Shown here: positions 40,787-55,100 of the stretch, one piece after another | Layout: every line of letters begins with the position of its first letter | Numbering within the stretch: position 1 is the first letter of the stretch | Source of the DNA: Eledone cirrhosa | Taxonomy: Eukaryota | Length of the DNA stretch: 64,000 bases | Direction of reading: 5' to 3' | Assembly: GCA_964016885.1 (NCBI GenBank) | Contig: OZ024745.1 | Coordinates: 69,564,001-69,628,000, forward strand | Notes under the pieces: model-generated | What the model was told of the DNA's origin: nothing | The model's input: only the letters and a program-made list of their open reading frames with translations | The model's database searches: none | Translations under genes and position numbers: made by a program

Positions 40787-43700
40787 TAGATGCATTTGTC
40801 TTACTTTATGTTCATACGAGTTATTACCAAGTCACAACCAGTGACCTCAAGAGACAACAAGGTCCGCCATGTTCAAGAAAGAACATACATACACACATGC
40901 ATCTAGGTGTTTAGACTTGTGGTGTACTTATATTGACAGAATCTTCCTTAGTATATGGGCAGTTCCCATTAGTACTATCTTTTGTATTTATCCTATACGC
41001 GGGTTTCCTGGGATTTGCGATAAGTAATCATTAGATTCCTTGGGTATCATTCCCAGAGCGCCTACAACCACTGGTATTTTAGTTCTCAATTTCCACATTT
41101 TTCCAATTTCTATCTCCATCTACATTCTTGTCTATTGGAACGGACATATCAATTAGCAGGTATACCCTCTTTTTAAAGTACTTCAGCATTATATCAGGTC
41201 TATTTGCATCTATTTTTCAGTCTGTTTGGATGCTAAAGTTCCACAAGATTGAGATGTGATCTTTTTCAAGTACGGGAGGTGGTTGATGCTCCCACCAATT
41301 CTTTTGATGAGGCAGGTCAAAATGCTTACACATTATCCAATGTATCTATTGTGCAGCTCTGTCGTGCCTGTTTAGGTATTCTGTTGGAGCTATATAACAG
41401 CACATTGAAATTATATGATCAATGGTCTCTAGTTGTTTTTTACATACACGGCATAATGGGTTGCATCCACTTTTCGCTATGTTGGCTTGATAATTGCTGA
41501 TATAATCAGTCCTTCAGTCTCCGATTTCAGTCCACAGGATGCCAACCACTGATGGGTTAAAGTTTTGTCAACATCAGGATTGTTAGCTCTTTCTGGGTAT
41601 TTTCCATACAGAGGCTTTTCTTACCATTTCTTAGCCAGTTTCTGTAGCAGTTCTTTCTTTGTAGTTACTTTTGCCTGTTTTGCTTTTTCTGTGTTTTTCA
41701 TTTCAGCAGTAAATGGAACTTCTGAAATGTGCAGTTCATTACTCTATCTTTGTGCATCTTTTGTAATGGAGAATGATCTTTTGATGCTTTCATGTTTCAA
41801 CACGAGTTTGATCATCGAATCCTGTGATTCCCTTAGATATGTAGATAATCCAATTGTTGCAGTTTTCAACGCAATATCTAACTGGATTAATCCACGTCCT
41901 CCTTCTTTCCTAGGGTGATACATTCTGTGCCTGGTTCAGAATTTTCTCTGTGCTTGACCAGTTGATGACATTGAAACATTAGATTACTACTGGTATGGCA
42001 AGCGTGTTTATGGCATCGATCCTATTCCTTGCATTCAATACCGTTCTTAATATTGCTCTTACTCTGCGGTAACATTTCTTCCTTATCCTATCCCTCATTG
42101 TCGAGTGTTTGATTCCGTCAAACACCTAGATATTTGTAAGTTTCCTCTTGATCAAGTTCTGATCACATCCCCCAATCAAGATTAATGTCTGAACTTCTCA
42201 GCAGCTTTACTTTGGTGAATGTGGCTTCGGCGCATTTGTCTAGTCCAAACTCCATTTTAATATCATCACTGAACTGCTTCACAGTGGATAATAGCCCTTT
42301 CAATTGTTCATCATATTTTGCAAATAGTTTCAGGTCATCCATGTAGAACAAGTGATTAATCGTTTTGTCATAGACTTTATATCCATGTTTTGTTTCATTG
42401 AGCATTTTACTTAATGGTATAAGCGCGATGCAGAATAAAAGCGGTGATAAAGTGTCACCCTGAAAAATTCCACAATTAATAATTACTTCTCCATTTTCCA
42501 GTGATTTTTTTTCACTAATTCAAAAGGAGTATCGTTTTCCATGTCTTCATACTGAATTACAGGAACCTCCTGACAACGGGAGATATTTTGAAAATCTCTA
42601 AACACTTTTCCATCCAACTGTGTGGCAAACTATCGAATGCTTTTTTGTAATCTATCCAAGCAATATATAGATTTTTGTGTCTATCATGACAATCTTCCAG
42701 TATCATTTTGTTAACCAAAAGCTGATCCTTACAGCCATACGAGCCTCGTTTACACCCTTTCTGCTCATTGGGAAATAGATCATTTGTTATCAGGTGATCG
42801 TTTGTATATTCAGTTAGGACTGATGTTAAAATGTTATACATTGTGGTCAAGCAGGTTATCGGTTTGTAATTTTTGGGATTATTTGTCTCATCATTCTTCG
42901 AAAGTAGGAATGTAATGTCGTTAACTAGCCAGGATGGTATCTTTTCTGGCTCTTTAACCATTTCATTATAAAGTTGGGCTAACATCTCATGAGACTCTGT
43001 GAAGGCATTTATCCAAACATTTGTTATTTTGTCTTTCTCTAAGGATTTCCATTTGTAGGATTTTCCAAGAGCTAAACGCAGTTGTTCAGCTGTTATATTT
43101 TCCCATGTTTGTTCCTCAAGGTGAGCTGTATCTTTCCTTTGTCTATCTATCCATGGGGCATGTATATTATGAACTTTTTCTTCGGCACAGATCTTTTCCC
43201 AGATTTCTTGCTCCTTGCGTCGATATTGTTGACTTGCCTATTTGTCTGTAGAAGTTTCTTTGGTTGTTTTTGAATATATTATTGTCCTTATAGAATCTAG
43301 ATTGATTTTGAAAGCGCCTTATACGAGCAGCTTTGGTCGACACTTTTTGCTTGATTGTTTCTATCAATATCTCTATGTCACTTGTTGACTTCATACTGTA
43401 TTTTCTTTTCAGTTTTCTAAGTTTAGTTTGTTTAACATGTACTTTGTAGTTTGCTAAAATTTCCGTCAGATCGGAGAAGGTTTATTTGGCGATTGGTGTT
43501 CTCTTGCCAAGTAGGATTTTTGTGACAATTCCTTTGTTTTTTTTTCATTTTCACTCCACATAAGTGAGTGGTGACTTTAGCCGATGCATAATAGAGATGA
43601 TTTAGATCAGTAATGTATAGTTTATTTGTGATGATAATGTTTTTTGAGAAGTATGTTAGTCTTGTGTATTGCCCTTTGGTTTTGGTTGGAGTTCTGGATC

Positions 43701-44424
43701 TTAGGGAGAGTGTCTCGTTCCTCCATGTCAGATTCTTTCATTCTACAAGTTGGCGATTTCATGCTCATTCATTTCTTTATCATTGACGGTCTCATTGTTT
43801 TCATTTTGAGTTTCATCGTGAGTATGCACTCCTTCCACTTTTTCGATCCTTACTTTAATTTGTCCTGCTGTCAGTGATTCCGCCCCAACCCTCGGATTTG
43901 AAGTGTTACAATTTTCCTCGTTTTCACTGACACATGTTTCATTTTCCCTTCGCTGACTTTGCGCTAATTGAGTGATTTGATCAATTTCTATATCAGTTAG
44001 TAACTTTTTCTTAACAATGTTTTTTCGTATATTAGCTAGTTTGTTACTGTCAATATAGTCTCTGTTTTCGGGATGTTTCTTTTTCCAATTGATATACGTG
44101 TTCGATCTATTTGATGGGTAGTACATGGCAGGGTAAAAAGCCTCAAGGACTTCTTTATTGTCTTCCCTTGACCATTTCTCTCTCTTTTTCTTTGGGTTTC
44201 TTGGTGCTGAGCATGGAGGGCCAACAGTAGGAGTATTCCGGTTGTGGGATGTCTCCAGCTCCGAATTGATGGGAAGGTTTGAACCATTAACTGAATTTTC
44301 GACCCCAGTCTTATGCCCCATTTGTACTAAGAATTGTTATATCACAATTGTTTTAAATGTTAAAAATCAAAAACTTACAGGAGCGATTCCATAACACTCT
44401 ATCCACCACGTGCATCTTCTTACC
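40787..44424 (-). mobile_element. R4/Dong-clade non-LTR retrotransposon, family A (degraded, about full length)
   Basis: Single ORF ~44321-40929 with NYKPITCL, EQKGC, WIDYKKAFDS, GIFQGDTLSP, HLFYMDD, CRVC..ETIDHIISMC and the RPD..D restriction-like endonuclease. Flanked by TTA repeats. Confidence 0.88.
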
Positions 44425-44440
44425 TTATTATTATTATTAT

Positions 44441-47400
44441 TGTTCCTTGAGTCTCAGTCATTGATGTAAGTTAACTGGAAAGTTTGTTGAAATGAATATC
44501 AAGCCACTACCTGCAGCCTCAGATATTCAGGACGTACCGGAGGGTTCTTGCTAATCCCAGCAAGCATGCCTTTTGAAGCGTTCCAAAAAGCGTGGCAAGG
44601 CCAATTTTCTTTAACCATCCCTGGAAACTTTTTGAGATAGTACCTAGTGCGCCTAAGACAATCGGGACCACTTTGACTTCATAGCAGTTCCAAATCCTTT
44701 TTACCTGCCACTTTAAGTCCTGGTATCGGTTAATTTCCTCCCTCTCCTTCTCTTGCACTCTCGTGTCGAATGGGCAGGCCACATCCACAATCAGGCACAA
44801 TCTTTTTTCCTTGTCCAAAACCACCAGGTCAGGTCTATTGTGTTCCAGTTTCTAGTCCGTCTGTATCCTAAAATCCCACAGCACCTTCACCTGATCGTTT
44901 TCTATCAACGACTCTGGCTTATGCTCATACCACTTCTCAGAATGTAGTAAATTGTTTACTTTGCATAGATGCCAGAGGATCACCCTGCCCATCACATCAT
45001 GTCTCCAGCCTTTAGAGTGAGTCTGGACTAGGTGTTTACACTCGGATACAATGTGAGCCACAATCTCCTCTCTCTCTCCACAGATCCTGCACATTGGGCT
45101 AGCCTCCTCCTTGTAAATGTGGTGTTTCAACCACTTCGTTTTGAGGGCCTGCTCTTGCGAAGCCATTAGCATTCCTTCTGTAGCCTTTTTAAGGTCTCCT
45201 CTTTTCAACCAGTTCCATTCAGTTTTCTCAAAAAAGGTACTATGAAGGGATTTCTCATGAAGGCTGCTCTTTTTCCTTGTTGTTGTTTCCTCCTTGGACA
45301 TCCCCTGGTCTATTGTCCTCACCTTCAGTACAATACTGAGCATTGGTTCCTTACTATCAGTCACGTATTTGTGTAGGTTGTTTTTCTCCATCTGAACACA
45401 GTCCTCTATGCTGATAATATCTCTTCCACCTTCATATCTCATTAAGTAGAGTCTATCGACATCACTCCTCTTGTGGAACATGTTGTAGATAGTCAATAGC
45501 TTCCTAGTCTTCCTATCCATTTCTTTTTGTTCAGCAACATTACATCTCAGAACTCCCGCACTGTACCTAATAATAGACACAGCTCGGGAATTTACTGCAC
45601 TTATGGCATTCCTACTGTTCAGATGTGACTTTAATACGCTCCTTACTCTCCGAATGTATTCAGATCTTATCAATTCCTTCATTTTTTTGTTCTTGATGTC
45701 ATCAGCCTCCAGAACACCCAAATACTTGTATCCTTCTTCAGTGTGAATTTCCTTTATCATCTCACCTGTTGGTACCTGGATTCCGTTGCTTCTGCTCAAT
45801 GTACCCCTCTTCATCACAAGGACTCCACACTTACTAATACCAAATTGCATACATATATCATTGCTGAAAATACGGAGAGTGTCAACAAGCACATCCAACT
45901 CCTTCTCACTCTTCCCGAAGAGCTTAAAATCGTCCATGAAGAGGAGGTGATTGATGGTAAGCTCTCACTTTCCCAACTTGTATCCTGCTCTCACTTTTCG
46001 CAGTACAATGGTCAAGGGCATCAGGGCAAGGACAAACAACAGAGGGGATAGACTATCTCTCTGGAAGATACCTCTCTTGATCTTCACGCCTCCCAAGGAT
46101 TTTCCAGCTGATGTTATTTCTGTTTTCCAGGACTTCTTACTTTTGCCCAACAACTGTCTGATGTTATCTGCCACCTTGAAGATCTCTAGGCTTTTGGTGA
46201 TCCAATAATGAGGCACCATGTCAAATGCCTTTTTGTAGTCTATCCATCCCATGACAAGACCAGTGTGTCTCCTCTTGCAATTCCTCATTACCATCTTATC
46301 AAAAAGTAACTGGTCCTTTGTACCACGGGACTTCTTTCGGCATCCTTTCTGTTCGTCCGGTAAAAAGTTGTTTGTGTGGAGGTGATGATAGATTTCCTCA
46401 GACATAATGCTTGTCAACAGTTTCCACATTACGGACAGACATGTGATAGGTCTATAGTTGGTAACATCATTACCCTTGATTCGGTCTTTCATTACCAGAA
46501 CTGTGGTACCTTTTGTCAACCACTCTGGTACCTCACCTGACATCAAGCAGTCATTGAACATGGTTGTCAGTTTCGGGTGGAGGGATGTTATATTTGTAAT
46601 CCAATACACCTGCACACCATCTGGGCCTGGTGATTTCCAGTTGGTTAGTTTTTTGGCCTGCCCCTTAAGAGTTTCAACTGTGATACTCAAATCAGTTTGT
46701 TGGTGTGCCTGTTCACTAATCTCCTTTTGTACTCTCTCAATCCACACTGCCTGGTCCTTATGTTTAACATCCTGCTCCCATATTCCTCTTCAGAATGTCT
46801 TAGTTTGTTCCGCCTCAGGGATCAAGTCGTTGCCTCTTTCTTTCCCTTCAAGCTGTCCAAACAGCATCTTCTGGTTGCTGTCAAACATGCGTTTCTGTCT
46901 ATACTGACTGACTCTGCTCTCGTATCGCCTAATATTTGCACTCGTTGCTACAATGCGTTGCTTCAGTTTGCTCTATGATAATATTTAGCTTTATCCTCCT
47001 AGTTTTGTACTTTATTTCCAGTCTATTTTTAGTGTCTATGTTTTTTAGTGTCCCATTCAGTAGGGACTCAAGCTTTCCAATGTCATTTCTCATTTCCCTG
47101 ATTTGACCATTCAGTCGTTTCTTCCACCAAGGTTCTGATTTTTCTTGTTTGTTGTTTCCACTCGCTTTGATGCCAAGTAATTACCTCACCACATTTGCTG
47201 TTGCTTTGAGGATATTGTTGCACTGGTGAAGGCTGCTCGCCTCAAGGTATGGGATGACTTTGTTTACCTTACCTGTTGTTTCTTTTAACTTTTTCCTGTC
47301 TACAAATCTTAGGTTCATAGGTTTCCCACTCTCATTGTTCAATTCATCTACCACTAAGTTTAGGATATCAACCAAATCTTGTCCTAGCCCGTCAGCAGTC

Positions 47401-47940
47401 ATCTCCTCAATGGCCGTATCTCTGTTCCAGGTACTATTTATTTCAGCATTCAGATCATTTTCTGCTTCGGATGGTTCCTCCGTTCTCTCAACCTCTTCAC
47501 CTTCATTTCCCACTGGCTCGTTTGCCTGGCATACTCCACCCTCCATTTCCAATCTAATCTGCTCAGTTCCTCCAGTTCCAGCTCGCTTATCCACCCATTA
47601 GTTCTTATTACCCGAGCCTGCCCGGCCAACTTTTGTTCATCTAATTTAAATAGACCAATCTCGTTCCAGATGTAATGAACCCGTTTCCTATAGCCTTTTT
47701 GCTCAGGTAACATTGCATAACAGTTCTATTCAACTCTTTCGTCCAGTTGGTTCTGATCCCTTTCATTCTTCTTCTTCCTCCGACACCTGCAGTATTTGGT
47801 TGACAGCCAGGGAGCACCTGCTGGGTGAGAGTCTGTCACATGATATTCCAGTCTCCACTTCACCGTAATTCGAACTGTTTAGGTTCGATATTTAAACACT
47901 CTTACCGAGGATTGGTGAATGTATGGTTACATAATCGGTG
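44441..47940 (-). mobile_element. R4/Dong-clade non-LTR retrotransposon, family B
   Basis: WKSPGPDG, NYRPITCL, WIDYKKAFDMVPH, FMDD, CRICGEREEIVAHIVSEC, RPDLVV..VDVACP. ORF ends at 44519. The 5' UTR may extend to ~48610. Confidence 0.9.
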
Positions 47941-48637
47941 ATTTTAGTGTGGCACTATCACGCTGTAGACGAACATAAATAAACAAACAAACAAATAGGT
48001 AAAAAAAAAAAAAAGAATAAGCATAAGTTTCATTGTAATGTAATGTTTGAATGTCTGACTTAGTTTTTTTTTTCCCTCTCTGTCTGTTTGTTTTTCACTT
48101 TTCTTTTCTTTACGTTTTTCGTTGTTGCTGTGCTGTTTTGATTTTGATTTTGATTTTTGTTTTTTTTTATTTTTTGACCGGGTCATCAAATCAGTCTATT
48201 TATATCTTTTGATGCCTTCCTCTTTTAGTGGTGACACTACGATGCATGTCTTAACAGGAGGTAGTGGGAGAGAATTGCGGTGGTAGTGATAATGAGGCAG
48301 TGGTGGTGGTGATGTGATCGTAGTACTGTAGTGATGGTGTTGAAGTTGAAGTAGAAATAGAAGTTGAGGTAGCTTGACTAGAGTTTTTGGCGTGGTAGTG
48401 GTGATGGTGGCGGTGGTGGTGTTGTCGTGAAATTATTTGCCTGTCTGTCCACTTAGCCATTTAGCTATTTAGCCATTTTGCCATTTTCCTCTTTTTCGAG
48501 TATATCATTTCTAATCCAAAATTAAATATTAAATATTGGGGCCCTATGCCTTAATGTGATGCGTTATGGCTTGCTGGGCGTTAAAAACTGTAATCTTATA
48601 CGTCATTTGTAATATTTATTATTATTATTATTATTAT

Positions 48638-49198
48638 TGTTCTTTGAGTCTCAGTCATTGATGTTAGTTAACTGGAAAGTTTGTTGAAATGAATATCAAG
48701 CCACTACCTGCAGCCTCAGATATTCAGGACGTATCGGAGGGTTCTTGCTAATCCCAGCAAGCATGCCTTTTGAAGCGTTCCAAAAAGCGTGGCGGGGCCA
48801 ATTTTCTTTAACCATCCCTGGAAACATTTTGAGATAGTACCTAGTGCGCCTATGACAATCGGGACCACTTTAACTTCATGGCAGTTCCAAATCCTTTTTA
48901 CCAGCCACTTTAAGTCCTGGTATCAGTTAATTTTCCCCCTCTCCTTCTCTTGCACTCTCGTGTCGAATGGGCAGGCCACATCCACAATCAGGCATGATCT
49001 TTTTTCCTTGTCCAAAACCACTAGGTCAGGTCTATTGTGTTCCAGTTTCTTGTCCGTCTGTATCCTAAAATCCCACAGCACCTTCACCTGATAGTTTTCT
49101 ATCACCGAATGTATTCAGATCTTATCAATTCCTTCATTTTTTGTTCTTGATGTCATCAGCCTCCAGAACACCCAAATACTTGTATCCTTCTTCAGTGT
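48638..49198 (-). mobile_element. 5'-truncated, internally deleted copy of R4 family B
   Basis: Matches 44441-44907 and then jumps to ~45650-45744. Flanked by (TTA)n. Confidence 0.9.
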
Positions 49199-49324
49199 CA
49201 ATTTATTATTTTTATTATTATTATTATTTTTATTATTATTATTATCCTTATAAACGGGACAATGCGTCGTTGTGTCAGCTGTGAGTAAAATCTAATAATG
49301 CTGATTTGGACGTTTGTGTTTGTG

Positions 49325-49367
<43 letters not shown>

Positions 49368-49368
<1 letters not shown>

Positions 49369-49586
49369 AGTTGCATTTATCTTGCTTTATGTTCATACGA
49401 GTTATCACCAAGTCACAACCAGTGACCTCAAGAGACAACAAGGTCCGCCATGTTCAAGAAAGAACATACATATTCACACATGCATCTTTAGTGTTTAGAC
49501 TTGTGATGTACTTATATTGACAGAATCTTCCTTAGTATATGGGCAGTTCCCATTAGTACTATCTTTTGTATTTCTCCTATACCCGG
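49368..49586 (-). mobile_element. 3' fragment of R4 family A
   Basis: Matches ~40787-41000 (IQKIVLMGTAHILRKILSI* plus 3' UTR). Confidence 0.88.
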
Positions 49587-49903
49587 CATTTTGTTGAAAG
49601 ATGGGTGAGAGAAGCAAGTATGGCCCGAATGAATGGGCCTTCTCTGAGTATGTGTCTGTAAATTAAAGGTGGAAAACTGGGAGAGGGCACTTGCCCTGGT
49701 GGTCAGGGCCACTGTGGTCTTTTAATGGGCTTTCTCCACAAATGTCCCTTGGAAGTCTCCCCCTATTGGGGAATTTTTCTTTGTTATTTTATTTCAACCT
49801 CTGTTTTTTTACACGCAGAAATGCCCATTTGTACCGTCCTGTATTGTCCTGTACTGTCCTTAATGTCTACTTTATGTGAACCCTTGTGGTTAATAAAGAA
49901 AAC
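49584..49903 (+). mobile_element. 3' fragment of the Tx1-like LINE
   Basis: Matches 55383-55632 plus an extra ~80 bp. Ends in aataaa followed by (TTA)n. Confidence 0.88.
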
Positions 49904-49906
49904 ATT

Positions 49907-49949
<43 letters not shown>

Positions 49950-50176
49950 TTATTAATATTATTGGCGACCTACGTAGTAAATGGTATTATCGTGAGCTCC
50001 GCAAACGTTTGTTATTTTCAGTTGTTTAAAATTGCCATTTATGGAAAACTTTTATTGTTAACTGTATATAAGTGCACATACATTGTTATCTGAAAGGACA
50101 CTCAAAAATATTGGGGCCTTGAACCCAAAATTTAAACTTTTATAATTATAAAACAGAGTTTTTCTTTGAAAAAATC

Positions 50177-52105
50177 ATGGACGACTCAGTGTCACACCTT
50201 CCTCACACACTAACACCTCACACCGACACCACCATTGTAAATATTAATACGTTTGCCAACACCAAAAACATAAGCAGTAGCAATATTTTAAATTTGTCTC
50301 AGGCAGACATTCATTTCCCGCCATTACCAATAACTGCAGGTGTTGAAGTCGCCACCCCCACCACATCACAGCGACAACAGAAATAAAAGAAAAAATAAAT
50401 TATCTCGTGATTTCGAAACGAATTCAGCCAAAATGAATTCTTCCACACCGAACACCACTGACGCCACCACCACCACAACTTAAACTAAAATTAACAATAA
50501 CAAAAATAATGATAACAACAACAGCAACAATGAGAATAAGAAAACCCTGTCTTTTGCCAGAGTAGCAAAAAAGTGCGAAGCATTCCAGGTAACTCAGGAG
50601 GAATTAGAAGAAGTAAAAAAAATGGTAAAGAAAAATGAGTACAGGTCAGCCCCCCCACCTAATAAAATGGAGCATCGGCTCCTATGCACCGTGTCTTATC
50701 GGACGATTAACATAAAATCGCGCCGAGTGGAACGGGCATCCGAGTCCCAAATCCAAAAAGGTTTGGGACATGTGTGGGCAAATAAAAACCCACATCAGAC
50801 GTGGGCAGAAATATGGTACCGTCAACGTGTTCTTTGAGACACCACAGGAGGCCACAGAACACTCCATGGCCCCATTAAGAAGTGACGACTTCGCACTCGT
50901 CCCAAACTATTGCGGCCAGAGACTCGTGAAGATCAGGGTGACCCACTTTCCACCGGCCATCGAAATTCCCTGGCTAATGGCTGCCGTCCTCGCCGGCATC
51001 CAAGCCAACACCAAGATAATCGAAATAGCGAAAGAAAAGCAGGAGAACTGGTCCGGATCTGGGATGGAGCTCCTGATCCAAGCGAACCAAAAAAGCATTG
51101 AGGAGATCCCAGAGGTAATAGACCTCACTGACAGCAGCCACCTCACCGTAATCGTCGAGGGCAGAAGGCCTAGGTGTGTCGTTTGTGGTGAAGGAACCCA
51201 CGTAAGGGCTTTCTGCCCTCACGCTAAAAGGTTGAGGCCACCTCTCTTACCCACCCCAGTGACTCAACCATCAACACCACCAACAGCAGAAATGGCAGCA
51301 ACAACTGTAGCAGCAACAACAGAAGTAACTGTAACATCAACAACCCCAACAACGGTAGCAAACCAACGTCAACAACACCCAACGTGCCAGAACTAGTACC
51401 AGCGCCTACACCATCCACCACGCCACAACAAAAAACAACGCCTGTGGAGGATTTTCCACTCCCCGACCTATCGCAACTGGAGACAGATTGTAACGAGGAG
51501 GAGTGGGAAACGGTATCAGAAAAAAAGAAAAAAAGAAAAAAAGAAAAAGAAACCAAAAAAGAAAAAAATGCTCTTCCTTCCCCCTCCAAAAACAAAATAC
51601 AGAGGGAAACAAATAAACTATCAAACAAACAAGTTTGGAGAGCTATGTCACCATCCAGACCAGCATCACCAACGCCATCACCACAAACACCAACACCATC
51701 ACCATCTTTAACCCCAACACCACCATCACCAAACCACAAAAGTCACCAAAATGCGAAACAGAAACAAACCCACAACAAACGCAAACAAAACAAAACAACC
51801 AAAATGATACACACTACACAGCAATAAATTTGAACAACAACCAATTATTACACTACATCCAACACAACACCAGCATCACAGAAAAAGACTACACAACACC
51901 GAAAAGTTCACACCACCTCCACACATACAAATCACTCGCATCACACAGAAAACGTACACGACACTAAAACAAAAATTCACCAAAGACATCGGAGTCTTCC
52001 GACAAGCACTCTCCAGGAGGTTTTATAAGGACACCCTTCCGGAGGAGGCCAGAAGCGCTGAAAAGGATGGAGTAACCATCCTTCCTCTACGAGAAGTAAG
52101 GTAAG
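50177..52105 (+). pseudogene. Tx1-like ORF1 (gag-like, CCHC zinc knuckle), disrupted
   Basis: SFARVA motif, EGRRPRCVVCGEGTHVRAFCP, and low-complexity P/T/K tracts. Confidence 0.75.
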
Positions 52106-52138
52106 TGGTCTTTCCCATCTTTTCAACTCCATTTCAAC

Positions 52139-55100
52139 ATGACCTCACTCAGAATAGGCAGCATAAATGCGCGTGGCTTGGGGTCGTCATGGAAGCAGGG
52201 CCACCTGCTCAACGACCTCAGGTCACTAAACATAGATGTAGTGGCCATCAGCGAGACCAGAATCTCCGAAGCACGGACCTTCGCACCGATCTTCGGCGGC
52301 TACGATGTGTACGCATCACCCAGCCGTCCTGGATCGGAGGGAGGAGTTGCTGTACTTTTTCGGAGAGGTCTGGATCTCGCCATACGGGCCATCTTCCTGG
52401 ACCCAGAGGGTAAGTTGGTGGTGCTGGACGTGACCAGCGGAGACGGGCAAGCTTTCAGGTTAGTGGCCGTCTATGCCCCGACAGGTGCAGGGCGGCCTGA
52501 TTTCTTCCGGCGTCTGGAACCCTTTCTAGGAACGTCCCGCTATTTAGTGTTAGTGGGCAACTGGAACGGGATCTTAGATGCACCCTGGGGCTGTGTGGGA
52601 TTAGCGAATAGGGGAGTACCGATGATTGGATTTCCTGAATGTGCCAATGTGGACGTGGACAAACCGTATCGGGTCATCCAGATCATATCTAGATAGCGTA
52701 TTTTGTAGGGAAATAGATAGGTCTAGCATAGGCTGTCCACAATTCAAGATAGTCAGCTACACGGACCACAAATTGGTGATCTGTGTGCTTGACTTAGATA
52801 GGTTTCATAGACGAGGACCCGGCTACTGGAAGCTAAACGCGTCCTTACCAGCGCACGAGGCCTACAGAGACCAGATTAGCGAACTAGTTAAGCGAGCGTT
52901 GACGGGGGCCATCGTCAACAACAAGTGGTGGTTTGCACTGAACAGAGCAATTAGAATAGTGTCCATTAGGTGTAGTAAGGGTTGAGCTATAGAGAAAAAT
53001 AGCAGAGGGAGAACTAGTTAGGAAATTAGACGAGGCGCTTAGCAAAAGCATCGCGAACGACGTACTTGCGGCGAAATTGGCCCTTGACCAATTCTTCAAT
53101 GCAAAGCACGAAGGCTGCGTTGTCAGAGCTAGGGTGCGTGCTCTCAGACACGAGGGGAAGAAAACCGTTCAATGGGCCGGAGTGGTGGAGTCGCATCATG
53201 GCAACAAAGCCACGATCCGGTTTTTGGTGGACCATGACGGGCGCCCTATTCGATCCCGGGCAAATGTTTGAAGCTTTTCAGCGACAATTCGCTCAGCTGT
53301 TCGGGGACAGCGGCGGGCCGGATCGAGGGATGGACTGCCGCGGCTCTCGGCCACTGAGGCGGAGTATTGCAAAAATCCGATAAAAACTGCTGAAGTACGG
53401 GAGGCAATTAGTGGCTGCACAAGGGGTAAATCGCCTGGTTTGGATAGTCTGCCCTATGAACTTTACGTACAGATGCCAGACTTGTTCGGAGGCCTCTTGG
53501 CGGACGTCTACTGCAACTGGCAACAGAAAGGGAGAATTCCCAGCTCTGTGAGCCGAGGAGCGGTGGCACTGCTGAGAAAGGATCCGAACAAGGGGGATAA
53601 CATATATAATTTCAGGCCCATAACTCTTCTAAACACAGAGTTCAAGATTTTGGCCAAGGTGCTAGCAAAGAGGTTGGCGCTTGTTGTTGGTGGTCTGGTG
53701 GGAGAGGCGCAGACATGCGCCATTCCCAACAGATCCATCCACGACAAACTCCACCTCATGTGATACATCGTAGAGAGGGTAGTTAGGGAACCTGTCACGA
53801 GTGGGTCCTTGATCAATTTAGATCAGTCGAAAGCTTTCGATAGGGTCGACCATCGTTACTTAGCGGCAGTCCTGAGGGCGGCTAGCTTTGGGCCCGTCTT
53901 CAGAGGCTGGATCGCTGCCATGCACAGCGACATCTGCTCTGTGGTGAGAGTGAACGGTCACCTTTAGGAACCGTTCAAAATCATGCGCTCGGTCAGCCAA
54001 GGATGTCCCCTCTAGTCCCTCTTGTGCGTATTGACTCTCGAGCACAAACTGGAGAAGTTGAGGGGGATCCCGCGCCAGCTAGGATTCGGAAGATCCGTGT
54101 CAGCATATGCGGACGATGTCACGGTAGTGGTGTCGAACGCCAAACACATCGAGGCGATCCGCACTACACTAAGAGAATACGAAGCTTTGACAGGATCAAT
54201 GATCAACCAGGAAAAGGCAGCACGGCACCTGGAGAGGGAGGTCCATGCCGTCCAACAGCGTCGTCGGGCGCTGGACGGACGGACCGGTTAAATTGCTAGG
54301 TCTCTGATTCGGTCCGGACCTCCAGACGGACAAAAACTGGGACGAGGTGACGAGCAGGGTGGCTTCTCTCACCCAGAAATGGGCGGAGAGAAAGCTATTT
54401 CTGAAAGGTCGAGCGGAGGTGACTAACGCGTACATCTCGTCCGTCATCTACTACCGCCTTACCGTCGTACCTTGTCCTAAGCCCCGCCTGACTGCGCTGG
54501 AGCATTTCCTCTTTCGCTTTTTGTGGAAGGGACGCGCTCCGATGGTCAGGCGGTCCATCTGCTGTCAACACCCGCTACCTGGAGAGCTGGGCATACCGTG
54601 GCTGATGATGCGCAGACACGCGCTCAGGCTACGACATCTCCACCTCTTCCTCGACGGTGATCAGGTGTGGTCGACGCTTGCTAGACGCGTCTTTCCCCAA
54701 CTCGTCTCCTTGACGGAGCTGCAGTCCTGGGTCAAGCGAAGACCAAGAGGGAGCGCTTGGAGACTGGAATGTCTTCAGGCGCTCACAGCCCTCGACCAAT
54801 CGGGCAATGTGATCGGTGGAAACTCCATCTTGGCGTTCTATAGAGGATTAGTGGAGGGGAAGAGCGACGACATACTTGGGGAAACCTAGGCATCGACGAA
54901 AATCAACTAGCCGATCTCTTCTGAAGAACTTTCTGGCCGGGGCCTATGGACAACTTCCAGAAATCCCTGACCTGGCAGTGCTACCGAGGAGCTTTGCCAG
55001 TTCGGGATAAACTCTACAGGCATGAAGGTGCCGTCAGCCGGTCATGTCCGAGGTGCGCACAGGGCGACGAAACCGTCCTGCACGCACTCGTCCAGTGTCC

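Noticed and set aside
48531-50120. Shared 13-mer aaatattggggcc near the R4-B and Tx1 5' regions
   Set aside because: Too short to establish homology.
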